Shown: positions 29,946 to 39,628, counted from the stretch's first letter. The stretch: 64,000 nt of DNA from an uncultured Thermoplasmata archaeon (GCA_963749235.1 CAVVLV010000001.1:142568-206567), one strand, 5' to 3'. A program made the numbers and translations. Notes: generated by a model from the sequence alone, not told the origin.

Positions 29946-31078
29946 CTGCCGGACCTCGTGGCTCCCGTGAGCCCGTGACGGCGATACAGGAGGTAGAGGA
30001 AGAACGGCGCCCCGGCAAAGGCCGTCGGGATCCCGACCGGGATCACGACCGAGGGGACGACCGACTGCGCGAGGTCCCACGCGAGCACGAGGAACCCGGC
30101 CCCGAACAGACCGGAGATCGGCAGGACGAGGCGATAGTCGGGCCCGACCAGCCGTCGGACGACGTGCGGAGAGACCAGACCCACGAACCCGATCACACCG
30201 CTGAACGCGACCGCGACCGCGGTGAGGACGGTGGAGAGGAGGATGACGCGGCGGGTCGTGCGCCGTGCGTCCACGCCCACGCTTTCCGCAACATCCCGCC
30301 CGAGCTGCAGCACGTTCAGGGAACGGCCGTGGAGGGCGATCAGCGTCCCCGCTACGAGGAGGACGCCGAAGACGATCGCGTCCCGGTCCCAGGTGGCGTC
30401 GCTCAGCCCTCCGAGCAACCAGAAGTTGACCTGCACGCCGCTCGATGGATTGTACAGGAGCAGGGCGTCGAGGAGCGCGGAGAACAGGAAATTGAGGGCG
30501 ACCCCCGTAAGGAGCAGGGTTTCGACCGATCGAGCCCGCCCACCGGCGGCCAGGTAGACGACGGTCCCGGGGATCAACCCACCTCCGAATGCGAGGAGGG
30601 GGAGGACGGTGGCCTGCTGCGCCGGGGCGAGGTTGAACGTGAACAGGATGGCGGCGCCGACCGCAGCCCCGGTCGAGAGTCCCAGGAGGTACGGGTCCAC
30701 CAGCGGATTTCGGAACACTCCCTGGAGCGCGCCGCCCGAGATCCCCAACGCCGCTCCGACCAGTACGGCCAGTAGGAGAGGAGGGAACCGCGCTCCCCAG
30801 ACGATCTCGGTCTGGATCGTGCACGACATTCCGCTAAGGGAGGGCGGGCACGGAGCGGACGGAAGCAGGCCTCCCGTCAGGTGATACCCGACGATCCAGA
30901 GAACGGTCGTCCACGGGATGATTCGGGACCCCGTCAGCGCTCCGACGGTTGTAGAGAAGATCACGAGGACCGCGAGGGCGGCCAAGAGGACGGCCAAGAC
31001 GAGCCATCGACGACGGCGGCGGGGGGAGGGGACCGAGGGAGCCCCGCCAGAATTCCGGGGGGTCGTCACCGTCCGCAC
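29942..31078 (-). CDS. FecCD/BtuC-family ABC permease
   Basis: 378 aa, multi-TM, with RNPLVDPYLLGLSTGAA and SGVIGFVGLVSPHVVR, typical of FecCD. Confidence 0.9.
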   Translation of the reverse strand: MRTVTTPRNSGGAPSVPSPRRRRRWLVLAVLLAALAVLVIFSTTVGALTGSRIIPWTTVLWIVGYHLTGGLLPSAPCPPSLSGMSCTIQTEIVWGARFPPLLLAVLVGAALGISGGALQGVFRNPLVDPYLLGLSTGAAVGAAILFTFNLAPAQQATVLPLLAFGGGLIPGTVVYLAAGGRARSVETLLLTGVALNFLFSALLDALLLYNPSSGVQVNFWLLGGLSDATWDRDAIVFGVLLVAGTLIALHGRSLNVLQLGRDVAESVGVDARRTTRRVILLSTVLTAVAVAFSGVIGFVGLVSPHVVRRLVGPDYRLVLPISGLFGAGFLVLAWDLAQSVVPSVVIPVGIPTAFAGAPFFLYLLYRRHGLTGATRSGR

Positions 31079-31090
31079 CGGCCGTCAGGC

Positions 31091-32132
31091 TCAGCCCGAC
31101 GGCACCGGGGCGAGGGTCGGGTGCAGCCAGTGGAGGAACCACGGGAGTTCGAGCAACATCGACGGGTCGGCCTCCGTGAGCAAGGTCACATCGATCGGGA
31201 TCTTCGAGGCGTTCAGCTGGCCCCAGTAGGGGGCGCCGGGCCACGTGCCCGGCGTCTCGTTCGACACGAGGTAGGGGTCGTTCCAGCTGGTTCCGTAGAT
31301 CACGACGGTCGGCTGATCGGCCAGCACCACGGTCGCGTTGATCTCGGCGTATTCCAGCGGCACGCCCGCGGAGATGCTCGAGCCGGCGGCGAGATCGACG
31401 AGCGATTGTCCGAACGTGCCCGGCCCGTACGTGTAGTATCCGCCCCCATCGAAATAGTACGTGAGCAGGACCGAGGGGATGGCGCTCCCGTTGTCCGCGA
31501 GGAGGCTGTCGAAGGCAGTCGCGTTGGCCAGGATCCCCTGCAAGCTCACGTCGAGCGCGGTCGCGGCTGGTCGGATGCTGGGGAACAGTTCGGCGACGAG
31601 GTTGACGTCCCCCACGATCCCGTCCAGGGTCGATGGGGCCAGCAGGTACGACGGGCAGGTCGTAGGCGGTAACGAGCTTCGCGACGTCGCCGGCCGAGGT
31701 CAAGGTGGAGGCGAGGACCAGCTGGGGCGCTAGCGTGGCGATCTCCTCCGTGTTCAGGGTCGGGAAATCCGTGACGCACATCGAGCTCGTTAGGTTCCAG
31801 AGCGCCGTCTGGTTGGGAGAATACTCGTCCAACATCCCCCCATAGAGCTGAGGCGTACAACCGATCCCGACGACCCGGTCGCGAAGTCCGAGCCGGTACA
31901 CGATGTCCATGATGCTGGGCGCCAGGACGACCACGCGGCTCGCGTCGGAGGGAGCGGTGACGGACCGCCCCAAATCGTCCACGACGGTAACGTCGCCGGG
32001 CGTGGTCGTGCCCCGTGCCCCGTAGTAGGCGGCCGCGGCGATCACGGCGACCCCCGCGACCAACAGGAGGGCCACGACCACGAGTGTGCCGGTGATGGAC
32101 CGGGGTCCTTCGGGCGAACGATTCAATGACAT
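31091..32132 (-). pseudogene. periplasmic-binding-protein (FecB/BtuF-like) substrate-binding component, frame broken by one extra base near 31647
   Basis: ATG 32132 gives MSLNRSPEGPRSITGTLVVVALLLVAGV (membrane anchor) ...RVVVLAPSIMDIVYRLGL...AKLVTAYDLPVV. The sequence then continues in the next frame as LLAPSTLDGIVGDVNLVAELF...VVIYGTSW... to 31091. The span is 1042 nt (3n+1). Confidence 0.8.
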
Positions 32133-32157
32133 TGTACTACAGGCAAATACAATTGAA

Positions 32158-32165
32158 CATAAAGT
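32158..32165 (-). promoter_or_regulatory. TATA-box-like element upstream of the binding-protein gene
   Basis: The reverse strand reads CTTTATG about 29 nt upstream of ATG 32132, in an A/T-rich patch at 32133-32170. Confidence 0.4.
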
Positions 32166-32246
32166 TTCCCGAACCTCCGAGGGCCGGGGGAGCGTCGCCG
32201 CGCCCTCAGCAAAGGATATCTTGTCGGTCCTCTGGGAAACGGCGGA

Positions 32247-32406
32247 GGGAGCATAGGCTAACTTGGTAGACCAGCGGGCTCCAGTCAGGGTGGCTTTCGG
32301 GCCCCCTGTGATATGGGTCTGCGGAGGGGCGGTTCCCGCCCCCATGACGATTGACTGGAGCGCGCGGAGAGACCCGCATATGGGGGTTCAAATCCCCCTG
32401 CTCCCA
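32247..32406 (+). tRNA. tRNA-Trp(CCA) with 87-nt intron at canonical 37/38 position (intron 32285..32371)
   Basis: Folded by hand. Acceptor GGGAGCA/TGCTCCC is 7/7. D-arm is GGCT-AACTTGGTA-GACC. Anticodon stem is GCGGG/CCCGC with loop CTCCAG|A. T-arm is GGGGG-TTCAAAT-CCCCC with discriminator A. Exons are 38 + 35 = 73 nt. CTCC(32-35)/GGAG(32366-32369) forms a 4-bp helix flanked by 3-nt bulges that carry both splice sites (BHB-like). Confidence 0.85.
32285..32371 (+). ncRNA. tRNA-Trp intron with box C/D-like guide features (putative)
   Basis: GTGATAT (32308) and ATGACGA (32344) resemble C/C' boxes, and CGGA (32322 and 32365) resembles degenerate D'/D boxes. GGGTCTG (32315-32321) complements mature positions 35-41. 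CTGGAGC (32355-32361) complements positions 31-37. Confidence 0.4.
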
Positions 32407-32557
32407 TCCCCCCTTCCCCCGCCAGCCTGAGCGCGGCCGGGGGTCCCCCCTCCTCGGAGCCCCTCCTCTCGGCCGACCCGGGCCCGAGACAGGGCAGAGG
32501 AACCGTGGACCAGCGGGGATAAGAGGGGGGGGCCGTCATTCGGAAACGGGTCTCCGC

Positions 32558-34305
32558 GTGGCGGCTTCCGGACCGACGACGGGTGCGACCGCACCCCCTA
32601 TCGTGGTCCCGAAGCAGGCCCTCTCTCTCACCCTCAGTTCTGGGGCGGTGTTCGGCGCCGGTCTGCTCATCCAGTTGATCGGGTTTGCGGGCAGTCTCCT
32701 CCTCTACAAGCACATCGGGATCTCCACCTCGGGACAGGCGCTCCTGGGTACCGCCCAGTTCTTCCTCCTGATCGGATCGTCGATCAACGGCGTGGGCGAT
32801 CTTCGCCTGGGCACCGCGTACACCTACTTTCTCGCCCGCGGAAAACCCGCGATCGACAACACGGCGACCTATCTCGTCGTACGCACCGCCATGGTCGGGT
32901 CGGTGGGTCTGATCCTGTATCTCATCGCGCCGCTCTCGATCGGCGGGAGCCAGATCGCCTCCGGTGCCACCGAGCTCACCTCGTTCGGCCTGTTCGTCTC
33001 GCTGCCGATCCTCTGGTCGCTCTCGACCGTGTACAACCAGATGTTCATCGGCCAGGGAAACTCGCTGAAGGCCCAATACCCGTCCCTCATCGAGGCCTCC
33101 ATTCGATTGCCGGTCCTGTACTACGTGGCGTTCTACGACCCGACGATCCTCGGGATCACGATGGCCTATGTGGTCGGGGCGTCCGCCTCGGCCGTCTTCA
33201 GCCTTCCCTCGATCTGGCCGCGATTGCGGGCGTTCCGGCTCGGGGAGGCGACGCGATTGTTCCGGTTCGCCTGGCCGCTCATGGCGAGCCTGATGCTGAA
33301 CTACCTCGTGACGAACACCGTCCCGCTGCTCGTCAAGGTGGGCGTCAGTGCGGCGGCGTTTTCGGTCTTCCTCGCGGCCAACGGCTGGCGGGTCTTGGTA
33401 CTTTCGCTCCCGGCGGCCGTGTCCACCCCGCTCTTCCCGTACCTCGCCGGGCTCCATCGGCAGCAGCGCTACGAGTCGATCCGCACGGGCACATGGCAGG
33501 CGCTGCGCTATTCGGCGATGCTGCTCGTTCCCGGGGTCGTTGCGCTCGTCGTCTATCGCTACAACTTCCTCAATGTCTTCGCCAACGCGTCGTACGCGGG
33601 CCAGGGGTCGGTCGCGTTGGCCATCCTGGTGGTCGGGGCGCTGCCCTAGCGCTGAGTCAGATCATCCAATCGAGCATCAACGCGATCGGCCGACAGCGGC
33701 TCGAGCTGTACATCACGAGCACCCAGATCCTGGTCCTCCTGCTCGGGATCGCGTTGCTGATGCCTCCGTGGGGGCCGCTCCAGATCCACCCGGGGATCGT
33801 CGCCGGGTCGGTCGCGATCCTCGCCTCGTCGATCGCCGCCCTCGCGTTGAACACCTACTTCATGGAGACCCTGATCCGGGTCCACATCCATCCGCCCTCG
33901 ATCGTCGGCATCACCGCGAGCGCCGCGGGAGCCTTCTCTGTGCTCTATCTGCTCGACCACTTCCACCTGTTCCCCGTCAGCACCTGGTACCAACTTCTCT
34001 CAGCGGTGTTCATCGGCTTCACGGTGTATTTCTTCATCCTCGCCGGGATCGGTGAGCTGACGAAGGAGGACGTGAACCGGATCGGATCGTCGCTCAACCT
34101 GCCTCGGTGGTTGATCGACCGCGCCGCCCGGGTCACCTGGCGGGCGAGCACGGGGGGACTTCCACCCGTCGACCTGGCGCGGGCCCCCGGCCTTCGCTCG
34201 ACCGAGTTACCGGAGCCGTTCACCGGTACGCGGGAGCTGCCCGAGATCTCGACGCTCCCGGAAGAGATGCCGCCCGAGAATGGGAAAGAAGGCCCCCTCT
34301 CCTAG
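32558..34305 (+). pseudogene. Wzx/MOP-type polysaccharide (oligosaccharide) flippase, split by a 1-nt deletion-type frameshift near 33640
   Basis: A multi-TM ORF ends ...SVALAILVVGALP* at 33649. The family continues in the -1 frame as ...LALSQIIQSSINAIGRQRLELYITSTQILVLLLG... to 34305. The span is 1748 nt (3n+2). The start is GTG 32558 or 32603; it cannot be 32351 because that overlaps tRNA-Trp. Confidence 0.7.
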
Positions 34306-34334
34306 TCGTCGGAGCCCGAGGCGACCCTCGGAAA

Positions 34335-34406
34335 CCCCGCCGCGTGGCGGGGGTTGTATCCCTCTGCGCTACCGCCTCCCCCGCGCCGAAAAACCCGTGG
34401 CGGGGG
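34335..34406 (+). promoter_or_regulatory. two GC hairpins sharing the same 3' arm (possible terminator/attenuator-like element)
   Basis: Hairpin 1 is CCCCGCC-gcgt-GGCGGGG (34335-34352). Hairpin 2 is CCCCCGC-15 nt-GCGGGGG (34378-34406). The 11-mer CGTGGCGGGGG is repeated at 34343 and 34396. Confidence 0.3.
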
Positions 34407-34478
34407 CCGACCTTGTAGCTGCGGGCGCTTCGCAGAGCTTAAGCCCACCAGCCCGCTGATGCATTCGAGGCAACGACC

Positions 34479-34874
34479 ATGATCCACGTAGAGATCCGAC
34501 CCGCGGCTTCCCAACAGGTGCGAACCCTGATCCGGGGCCAGGGCCCCGAGATCGGCGTCCGCGTCTACGCCCAGCCCTCGGGCGGCAGCTGCTGCGGCGG
34601 CGGTGCGAGCGGGGTCCAGTTCGGCCTCGCCTTCGCCAAGCCCCGATCCGACGACGAGGTGATCGCGGGCGACGGCTACCGGCTGCTGGTCGACCCGACC
34701 AGCACCAAGTTCGTGGACGGTGCGGTCATCGACTACGTCGAGGGACTCCAGGAGTCCGGCTTCAAGATCACCAACCCCACTCTTCCCGAGCCGGATGCCG
34801 CGGGCAAGGCGGGCGGATGCACGTCCTGCGGCAGCAATTCGGAGAACGGCGGCGGGTGCGGCTGCGGTCACTGA
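34479..34874 (+). CDS. HesB/IscA-family Fe-S cluster carrier-like protein with extended Cys/Gly C-terminus
   Basis: 131 aa with ...GVRVYAQPSGGSCCGGG...LLVDPTSTKFVDGAVIDYVE...GFKITNP...GGCGCGH. Confidence 0.75.
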   Translation: MIHVEIRPAASQQVRTLIRGQGPEIGVRVYAQPSGGSCCGGGASGVQFGLAFAKPRSDDEVIAGDGYRLLVDPTSTKFVDGAVIDYVEGLQESGFKITNPTLPEPDAAGKAGGCTSCGSNSENGGGCGCGH

Positions 34875-34941
34875 GCGTCGTCCCGAGTTCGTCTTCGGCC
34901 GTCGCCTCCCTTCGCGGGCCGCCCCCGCCTAGCGGGGCGCG

Positions 34942-35868
34942 ATGAGCGCCGAGCCGCTCTGGAGCGAGGACCTCCGGAAAACCTACCCGGTCAAGGGCGC
35001 GCCGCCGGTCGAGGCGCTCGCCGGGGTCTCGCTCAAGGTCCACCCGGGAGAGCGGGTCGCGTTGCTCGGCCGCAACGGCGCCGGCAAGACGACCTTCCTG
35101 CGGATCGCATCGACGCTCCTTCGGCCGACCTCCGGGTCGATCCGGGTGTTTGGCCACGACGTCGCGGAGCACCCGGAGCGGGCCCGTCCGTTCATCGCGG
35201 TCGTGCCGCAAGAGGGGAAGCCGTTCTTCCACCTCTCCCCTCGGGAGCAGGTCTACACCTACCTACGGGCGCGGGGGCTCTCCCGCGAGACGGCGAAGGA
35301 CCGGACGGTCGAGGCGCTGGAGCGAATGGGCCTTACCGAGATCGCGGGCCGGCTGTCGATCACTCTCTCGGGCGGACAGCGTCAACGGACGATGGTCGCG
35401 ACGGTGATCGCCACTCAAGCGCCCCTGTTGTTCCTGGATGAACCCACCATCGGGATGGACCCGTTCGCCCGACGTGAGGTCTGGGCCTCGCTGCGAGACC
35501 TGACCCGGAAGGGGTCGACGATCCTCCTCACGACGCACTACCTCGATGAGGCGGAGGCGCTCAGCGACCGGCTGTACATCGTCGAACGGGGCCGCGTGAT
35601 CGTGAGCGGCACCGCCGACGACCTGAAGCGGTCGGTCGGGGGGGCGCTCAAGGTCTCGATGCCGGGCGGCGCGCCGCACGCCGACGCCTTCCGTTCGTTC
35701 GGTGAGCTCGTCTCGGACGGGAACGTCCTCACCGTCATCGTCTCGCCCGAGCGGCTCGGGGAGGTCATGGACCTCACGGTCAAGGCCCACCTCGCGGCGA
35801 CCGTCGGACCGGTGTCGCTCGAGGAGGCGTTCCTGCGCGTGGTGGGACGGTCGATCGATGAGGATTGA
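34942..35868 (+). CDS. ABC-2-type exporter ATP-binding protein
   Basis: 308 aa with GRNGAGKTTF, LSGGQRQR and LFLDEPTIGMD. Confidence 0.9.
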   Translation: MSAEPLWSEDLRKTYPVKGAPPVEALAGVSLKVHPGERVALLGRNGAGKTTFLRIASTLLRPTSGSIRVFGHDVAEHPERARPFIAVVPQEGKPFFHLSPREQVYTYLRARGLSRETAKDRTVEALERMGLTEIAGRLSITLSGGQRQRTMVATVIATQAPLLFLDEPTIGMDPFARREVWASLRDLTRKGSTILLTTHYLDEAEALSDRLYIVERGRVIVSGTADDLKRSVGGALKVSMPGGAPHADAFRSFGELVSDGNVLTVIVSPERLGEVMDLTVKAHLAATVGPVSLEEAFLRVVGRSIDED

Positions 35869-36727
35869 GACCACGGAGGGGTCCACCCGGGCATTCCGGG
35901 GCACCGTCGCCTTCCTCTGGACCGAGGCCCTTGTCCAGGCCCACGAGGGTCTCGCGATGGCGACCTCGATGGTCACCCAGTCCGTCATCCTCGTCTTCGT
36001 CTACATCCTGAACCCGGGTCTCCTCGGTGTGGCCCTCGTCGGGGCGACGCTCTTTTCGACCTTCACGATGGGCCAGCGGGTCCTGAACGAGGCCGCCTAC
36101 CTACGGATCGACCACAAGGCGACCGACCTCTACCTCGCCGGTCCCCTGAGTCCCGAAGGATACTTCCTCGGCATGTCCACCGGGATCCTGTTGGTCTACC
36201 TACCGCCCGTCGCTCTCCTGGCCGCGCTCGCGATCGCGGTCGGCCACCTCACGCTGGTCACGAGCCTCGCCCTCATCGGCCTCGCCGGCGTGGTCTGGCT
36301 CTTCTCGGCGTCGACCGGCTACATCTTCTCGACGTTCTTCCGGGACAACCGGGCGATCTGGGCGTACGCGAGCCTGTTCTTCAACGTCTTCGGCGTGCTG
36401 CCGCCCGTTTTCTATCCGTTCGGGTTCTTCCCGGCGGCGCTGCGCCCCGTCGCCCTGCTGATGCCGCCCAGCGCCGCCGCCGCGCTGATCCAGTCGCGCA
36501 TCGGAGCGGCCTCGCTCAGCTCGGGCGACCTCTGGCTCGCCTTCTTGGGGCTCCTCGTGGAGACCGCGCTCGTGTTCACGGTCGCGGTCTTCTGGGCGCG
36601 CCGTACGGTTCGGGGAACTAGATGGGAACCGTCGAAGCCCAGTTCCCGAACGTCCCCACCGAGGGACGGGCCCTCCCCGCGTTCGCGCTCGTCGGATGGC
36701 GATGGATCAGCCGCAACCCGGCGGTGA
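35858..36727 (+). CDS. ABC-2 family permease
   Basis: ATG 35858 overlaps the upstream stop region. Multi-TM. The last 35 or so aa (WEPSKPSSRTSPP...) overlap the next gene and look non-genuine. Confidence 0.7.
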   Translation: MRIETTEGSTRAFRGTVAFLWTEALVQAHEGLAMATSMVTQSVILVFVYILNPGLLGVALVGATLFSTFTMGQRVLNEAAYLRIDHKATDLYLAGPLSPEGYFLGMSTGILLVYLPPVALLAALAIAVGHLTLVTSLALIGLAGVVWLFSASTGYIFSTFFRDNRAIWAYASLFFNVFGVLPPVFYPFGFFPAALRPVALLMPPSAAAALIQSRIGAASLSSGDLWLAFLGLLVETALVFTVAVFWARRTVRGTRWEPSKPSSRTSPPRDGPSPRSRSSDGDGSAATRR

Positions 36728-37404
36728 CGGTCACCCCGGTCCTGCTGCCGTTCATCTTCCTCTACTTCCTCTCGCTGATCTCGCCGCCCTCCCTCCTTCC
36801 CCTCGAGATCGTCGGCGCGATGCTGTTCACGATGCAGAACATCGGCAGCTGGGTCCTGGGCGACAGTGCGACCTGGCGGATCGAGTGCTCGCTCCAGGAC
36901 CTCTTCGTCGCGAGCCCGCTCAGCCGCATCCGCTACCTCTTCGGGATCGCGTTCTCGAACCTGATCGCGATGCTACCTGCGTTGGCGATCCTCACGGCGC
37001 TGCTCGCGTACGTCGGCGCAGAGCACGGGCATCCCCTCACCCCCTTCGCCGCGCTCGCGCTCCTCGCGAGCCTGTTCACGCTCTGGATCCTCTTCTCCGC
37101 CGTCGGGATGGCGATCTCGAGCCGGGTGCGGAGCCAGCGGGAGATCTGGCCCGTCGGCAATCTCACGTTCACCATGCTCGGGATGCTCTCCCCGTTGTAC
37201 TACCCGCTCTCGGCCTTGCCGCCCCTCTGGCAGGACGTCGCCCGGTTCCTTCCGACCACGTACGCCGCGCTGCTCGCCCAGGGGGCGCTCGGGATCACGC
37301 CGGCGACGCCCGCCCAGATGATGCTGTATGCAGGGCTGCTCGCGGTCTGTGCGATCGTCGGGGTCGCGCTCTGCCTCCGCCTCTACCGCTGGGGTGAACT
37401 GTGA
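36622..37404 (+). CDS. ABC-2 family permease (second subunit)
   Basis: 260 aa, multi-TM, immediately downstream of the first permease. Confidence 0.75.
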   Translation: MGTVEAQFPNVPTEGRALPAFALVGWRWISRNPAVTVTPVLLPFIFLYFLSLISPPSLLPLEIVGAMLFTMQNIGSWVLGDSATWRIECSLQDLFVASPLSRIRYLFGIAFSNLIAMLPALAILTALLAYVGAEHGHPLTPFAALALLASLFTLWILFSAVGMAISSRVRSQREIWPVGNLTFTMLGMLSPLYYPLSALPPLWQDVARFLPTTYAALLAQGALGITPATPAQMMLYAGLLAVCAIVGVALCLRLYRWGEL

Positions 37405-37567
37405 GCGTGAGGTCTCCGGAACGTTCATACGGGGTGCCGGGTATAGAGCGCCCGGTGCTCCCCCGCAAGCAGCCGCTCGTTGGGTCCGCGTCGGGCCGAG
37501 CGGCCGACCTCCTTCCTTCTCCTCGATATCGCGCCGGCGCCCGGCGCCCTCCGAGGAACACCTAACG

Positions 37568-37885
37568 ATGCCGAACGACGAATTCGATGAGATCCTCTCC
37601 GCGCTCGACCGTGAGACCGCCCGCATCCGCGTCCGAGCGGAACCCCGCCGGTACAACAAACCGGCCACGGTCATCTCCGGGTTCCCTCCCGGGGTCGACC
37701 TCGAGGAGACCACGCGCACGCTCAAGAACCGTCTCGCGACCGGAGGGTCGGTCGTCGACGGGGAGGTCTATCTGCAGGGCGACCACCGCACCCGGATCCG
37801 CGACGAGCTAGCGAAGCTCGGTTTCGATCCCGAGACGATCGAGATCTCGGACGCCGCCCTCCCGAAGCGCGGCCGGCGCGGCTAA
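37568..37885 (+). CDS. sui1: translation initiation factor SUI1 (aSUI1/eIF1)
   Basis: 105 aa from ATG 37568 with ...RIRVRAEPRRYNKPATVISGF...LKNRLATGGSVVDGEVYLQGDHR. Confidence 0.9.
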   Translation: MPNDEFDEILSALDRETARIRVRAEPRRYNKPATVISGFPPGVDLEETTRTLKNRLATGGSVVDGEVYLQGDHRTRIRDELAKLGFDPETIEISDAALPKRGRRG

Positions 37886-37975
37886 GCGAGCCGATCCCGC
37901 GTCCAATCCCCGTCGTTACGGGGCGAATCGGCGCTGGAACGACCGCGATAGGCGCTGATTGTGGCGGACGTGAAC

Positions 37976-37983
37976 GGTATAAC
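37976..37983 (+). promoter_or_regulatory. TATA-box-like element upstream of sulfurtransferase gene
   Basis: GGTATAAC lies about 35 nt upstream of ATG 38015. Confidence 0.35.
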
Positions 37984-38014
37984 CCTCGGCGCCACGCCGA
38001 CTTTGGAGTTCCCA

Positions 38015-38872
38015 ATGGCGGCGTATGCGCACCCCGAAGTCCTAGTGGAGAACGACTGGCTGGCCGCCCACCTCACCGACCCGAAGGTCCGGGTCGTTGA
38101 GGTGGACTACGACCCGGCTGCGAACTACGAGTTGGCCCACATCCCGGGCTCGGTCCTGTTCGACTGGCGGAAGGACATCAACGATCCGGTGGCGCGGGAC
38201 ATCCTCTCCGGCGAGGCGTTCGCCGCCCTGTTCGGGAAGGCGGGCATCGATGATTCGACGACGGTCGTCCTCTACGGCGACTTCAACAACTGGTTTGCCG
38301 CGTTCGCCTACTGGGTCTTCACCTACTACGGCGCGAAGCAGCTGAAGCTCCTGAACGGCGGCCGGAAGAAGTGGATCGCGGAGGACCGCCCTCTCAACAA
38401 GGACCCGGCGAAGGTGACCCCCACGAAGTACGTGCCCGGTCACCCCGACCCGAAGCTCCGGGCCTACCTCGACGACGTCCGCAAGGCTCTCCCCGAGGTC
38501 AAGGGCGGGAAGTCCGCCTTGGTCGATGTCCGAGGTCCGAAGGAGTTCTCCGGCGAGATCACCGCGCCCCCCGAGTATCCCACGGAGCACGCGCAGCGCG
38601 GGGGCCACATCCCCGGTGCGAAGAACATCCCCTGGGCCCAGGCCGTCAAGGAGGACGGGACGTTCAAGTCGCGCGAGGAACTGGAGGCCCTCTACGGAGG
38701 CAAGGGCGTGGTCGCGAGCCTCCCGGTCATCACGTACTGCCGGATCGGGGAGCGCTCCAGCCATACCTGGTTCGTGTTGAAGTATCTCCTGGGATACCCC
38801 GACGTCCGCAACTACGACGGCTCGTGGACCGAGTGGGGCAACCTCGTCCGGACCCCGATCGAGAAGCCGTAG
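38015..38872 (+). CDS. tandem-rhodanese thiosulfate/3-mercaptopyruvate sulfurtransferase
   Basis: MAAYAHPEVLV...HIPGSV...YCRIGERSSHTWF (CRxGxR active-site loop). The ORF is open from 37961. Confidence 0.9.
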   Translation: MAAYAHPEVLVENDWLAAHLTDPKVRVVEVDYDPAANYELAHIPGSVLFDWRKDINDPVARDILSGEAFAALFGKAGIDDSTTVVLYGDFNNWFAAFAYWVFTYYGAKQLKLLNGGRKKWIAEDRPLNKDPAKVTPTKYVPGHPDPKLRAYLDDVRKALPEVKGGKSALVDVRGPKEFSGEITAPPEYPTEHAQRGGHIPGAKNIPWAQAVKEDGTFKSREELEALYGGKGVVASLPVITYCRIGERSSHTWFVLKYLLGYPDVRNYDGSWTEWGNLVRTPIEKP

Positions 38873-38930
38873 TCGCTCAGTTTCGAACCCTTTCCCTCCC
38901 CGGGCGCGGGCGGGGCCGGCTCGACCGATC

Positions 38931-39628
38931 TCAGACGGGGGTCCCGCGTCTCCGGCGGGGCTTTGGGTCGGGGTCCTTGCGGACGAGGAACTGGTGGAGC
39001 GTCCCCTCGTCGCGCCGGGCAAGGACGGGGTAGCCGGTCTGGTCGGACCAGCGTACCATCTCGATCGGGCTCGTCGGATCGTCCGTCACGAGGAGGACGT
39101 GGGCCCCCGGGGGTCGCCGGGCGAGCTCCTCGTTGAGCATGGTGAGTACCGCCGAACACTCGATCCCGATCTCGTAGAGCTCCAGGTCGGGGGTCGCCGG
39201 CCAACAGCGGATGCGTTGCGTCCGGATCCGTTCCTCGAGGCGGCCCGCGACCTGGGCCGCGGACTCCAGGTACCGCGGGACCTCCTCCGGTCGGGTCGGA
39301 CGGACCCGAGCGACCCAGCCCTCTCCGTAGGGAGCATCGTTGAGGAGGCGGGGGCGTTCGCGCACGGCGGGGTTCCGCTCCAGGATCTCCGCGTCCACCG
39401 GGACCCGGACGGCGCCGGTATAGCGCATGCTCTCGACGGTCGCGATGCTCCGTCCGCGGGCGACGACCCCTTCCACCGGCCGGAAGGAGAACGAGACGAA
39501 CGGGCCGGCGAACGCCGCGAGCGTACCCAATACGCCGACCCGCGCGGTGTCCCCCTCCGGAGACCACCAGACGTCGTTCTCGAGGTCGTATAACCGATCC
39601 TCGGGTAGGGGGCACCCCGCGATCTCCA
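38931..39628 (-). CDS. fusion of GcvH-like (lipoyl-domain fold, Lys replaced by Arg) and TusA-like domains
   Basis: The N-part, LYDLENDVWWSPEGDTARVGVLG...IATVESMRYTGAVRVPVDAEILERN...APYGEGWVARV, aligns to GcvH with ESVK changed to ESMR. The C-part, LELYEIGIECSAVLTMLNEEL..GAHVLLVTDDPTSPIEMVRWSDQTGYPVL, is TusA/SirA-like. The start is taken at GTG 39628; the ORF is open to 39737. Confidence 0.6.

Noticed and set aside
32133-32246. Possible cobalamin or other riboswitch upstream of the ABC binding-protein gene
   Set aside because: The structured-looking sequence nearby is explained by the divergently placed intron-containing tRNA-Trp. The remaining spacer is short and A/T-rich, so it looks like a promoter.
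36622-36727. 105-nt overlap between the two ABC-2 permease genes; adding one base in the G run near 36615 would create RGN-TAG-ATG coupling
   Set aside because: This is plausible given the indel-prone sequence, but there is no conserved sequence across the junction to prove it. It may be a harmless open-frame extension.
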